Assembly (NCBI GenBank): GCA_018985225.1
Contig: JADGIF010000421.1
Span: 1 to 8,874, forward strand
Direction of reading: 5' to 3'
DNA: 8,874 bases
From: Amoeboradix gromovi X-113
Lineage: Eukaryota > Fungi > Sanchytriomycota
Below are positions 7,017-8,874 of this stretch, one piece after another. Under the pieces are notes generated by a model. It ran no database searches and was not told where the DNA came from. It was given only the letters and a program-made list of their open reading frames with translations. Positions within the stretch are counted from its first letter, which is position 1, and the number at the start of each line of letters is the position of its first letter. Position numbers and translations under genes: made by a program.

Positions 7017-7818
7017 TTAATCATACAGTAGGTGATATATTCCAGCTGATAGCACCAGTAGCATAGGTTGCCAAACTAGCATGAACCTCAAATACTCTAT
7101 AAGAGATGCAAATAGTCTAGCGTGCTTCTCCCATATCATCTCATCTTCCAAATCGATATCCAGAGTCTCTTTACAACAAGGACTTACCTTCTTCCCTATC
7201 ATTCTCCAACCTTTATAGCATTTGTCGTGCAATCTATGCGTACATTTTAAGCTAATCAACTCTTCATCAATATAATCAATACCGCACATCCAACAATCAC
7301 CCTTCTTATCACTAATAGAATGAATAGATTGCTGCATAAGTAAGAAAGTGTCTCTGCAAAGAACTCCTATGTAAGCAAAATGTACCAAAATACAAACCGT
7401 AAAATAATAGATGAATGCTTAGATCTATAGTAAGTTTAGCCATCATTGGAACAAACAAGGAAATAAAGAATAACACATAACCGCAAACTCCCAAGGCGTA
7501 GCATAACTGATACTCCCGCATAGCTAGTTTGAATACCAATCGTGGAGTGAAGTAAAATCGTTTCTTAATTAAAGTATAGACAATGACATTGTAGGTAACA
7601 AATATAATCCATATTGTAATGAATCGAGTAAATCTGAGTTGATATGCAAAGTATAATGGAAAAAGCATTAGTAGCACTGTAGATACAAAGTTAAATTCTC
7701 GTTCATGATTCTTTTTCATATAGTAAATAAAAAACTGAATACCGGCCGATAAAAATATAACTATAGATACTAAAGCTAGAGGATGCTGCTCTCGATGAGG
7801 GAACGATATAACTGGCAT
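7017..7818 (-). CDS. RNF121: RNF121/RNF175-like multipass membrane RING-H2 E3 ubiquitin ligase; complement(join(7017..7366,7386..7818)), 260 aa
   Basis: PLYF...RFITIW, TPRLVFK, CYALGVCGY, LLFYGLYFG|VLCRD restored by splicing, RING CWMC...CTHRLHDKCYKGWRMIGKK and terminal YLRFMLVWQP. First in-frame ATG is at 7818. Confidence 0.9.
7367..7385 (-). other. 19-nt spliceosomal intron GTACATTTTGCTTACATAG (phase 1)
   Basis: GT-AG boundaries with a GCTTAC branch-like motif. Excision gives TTT G|GA GTT CTT = F-G-V-L, matching the conserved RNF121 YGLYYGVL-x-RD motif. Confidence 0.93.
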
Positions 7819-8029
7819 TGAAAAGTGAATGAATCTCCTTTTGTGATAAAGTGAATTCACATACAAGAAGTTAAGTATAAACCAGACCAAGCATTTTAAA
7901 GAATAAGTCTCTTGGTATAAAAACAAACAAATTTACTACCCACTGTTGATAAATTAGGCGGGGTGCTGCTGAGTCAATCCCTTGATAGAGAAACGAACAT
8001 GATTAAACAAATTAGTGCGAATATTGGTA

Positions 8030-8545
8030 ATGGTAGCAATAGACACAAAGTTTTTATTATCTGCTATTGCATTAGGTAAAAAGGTACAAATGCAATTATG
8101 TCCCAGGTTTGTATGTAAAATAAAAGAATGACAGTCTTTGAGAAGTAAACGGGGTAAAAGCCATCGGATTTACTTGAATTAACCATTTATCGTAATTGCA
8201 AATACGGCTCTGACACGCTCTCTTTCTAGAGTGCTCTAATTTCACAAAAGTTTGATATCATTATCTCATCTACGACTTGTACCCAAATCACCACTGCCAC
8301 TATGTTTTGGATTCAGAGGCATCAGTTAGAGATGCAGCACATACTCTTCTTCATACCGGCCCAAAGTTTTATCATCTTCCAAAGGAGAAGCCATTGGCGG
8401 AATGTAATGCAAAGCAATATACTAGCCAATCGCGCAAAACGTATGGCACTCTCAACAAAGAGGACCTGGAGAGACTGTCAAGTAGAAACTGTCATCTAGA
8501 AGTAGATAGAGCCACTTCAGCAGTAAGGATATACTTGAATATATG
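8030..8545 (+). pseudogene. Heavily decayed Fanzor2/TnpB-like relic (copy C), spanning a possible RuvC-I to RuvC-III
   Basis: In order: MVAID (8030-8044, possible RuvC-I), KIKE*QSLRSKRGK (helical region), SQKFDIIISS, RDAAHTLLH, then LAECNAKQYTSQSRKTYGTLNKEDLERLSSRNCHLEVDRATSAVRIY. The last segment aligns colinearly with copy B, with Cys ligands and the last Asp mutated. Confidence 0.72.
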
Positions 8546-8660
8546 GGTTCCTATTCAATCCGGTCACCTTGTATTGGATGTGCGCAACAGCTGCAGTGCA
8601 TTTTCAGGTTTTGCGTCTAAAGTCTTAATTTTTAGGAAACCTGGGCTTTTAATGAGGAGA
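8535..8660 (+). ncRNA. Candidate omegaRNA scaffold / element right-end relic of copy C
   Basis: Similar to 6845-6975 (AATATATG..TATTCAA..; TCTTAATTTTTAGGAAACCTGGGCTTTTAATGAGGAGA). Inner hairpin TTTAGG-AAA-CCTGGG at 8631-8645. Confidence 0.42.
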
Positions 8661-8874
8661 TGATTAAAAAACCATAGTGTGTAGGTGTATAAGATCGCAA
8701 AAAAACAAAAACCGTTGGCGTGAGAGTGAAAAAGACAAAAAATAAACTCTCAATATCATAGGACTTCTTTTTATTGGTACTGGTATTTTGTCACCATTCA
8801 ACACTTTGCAGATCTACGACTTGGAGCAATTTTTCGCATCAGAATATGCGAAATGAAAAGAACTCAAAGTTCAT

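Noticed and set aside
7819-7926. N-terminal extension of RNF121 in the ORF track (likewise 6087-6101 for ARPC1)
   Set aside because: Both begin at TTG. In a eukaryote the first ATG (7818 and 6086) fits the homologue N-termini.
8268-8823. 12-bp direct repeat ATCTACGACTTG at 8268-8279 and 8812-8823 as a target-site duplication
   Set aside because: A few 12-mer matches are expected by chance in 8.9 kb, and the first copy lies inside the inferred relic rather than at a boundary.
8700-8874. Possible further decayed ORF at the right edge (LNIIGLLFIGTGILSPF...)
   Set aside because: Interrupted by stops, truncated by the window edge and without a recognisable motif.

Overview
AT-rich (~35% GC by eye), very compact eukaryotic nuclear DNA in the standard code; all five host genes end in TAA. 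ARPC1 has a fungal-type WGDKLPFNTVC motif, so an early-diverging fungus or close relative is inferred. Host genes: an RPAP3/SPAG1-like TPR co-chaperone (+), a type II membrane beta-propeller glycosyltransferase/hydrolase-like protein (GT91/GH130-like, +), a long-chain acyl-CoA synthetase (-), ARPC1/Arc40 (-) and an RNF121-like RING E3 ligase (-). Two things stand out. (1) Three genes split in the ORF track are each repaired by removing a GT-AG intron of exactly 19 nt with a position-fixed consensus (GTA....TT..T.A..TAG), pointing to an ultra-short, fixed-length splicing system. (2) Every large intergenic gap holds decayed TnpB/Fanzor (RNA-guided RuvC nuclease) relics: one Fanzor1-like and three Fanzor2-like. 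Two of these share a conserved, foldable 3' non-coding region, a candidate omegaRNA scaffold. All assignments come from motif recognition by eye; no searches were run.
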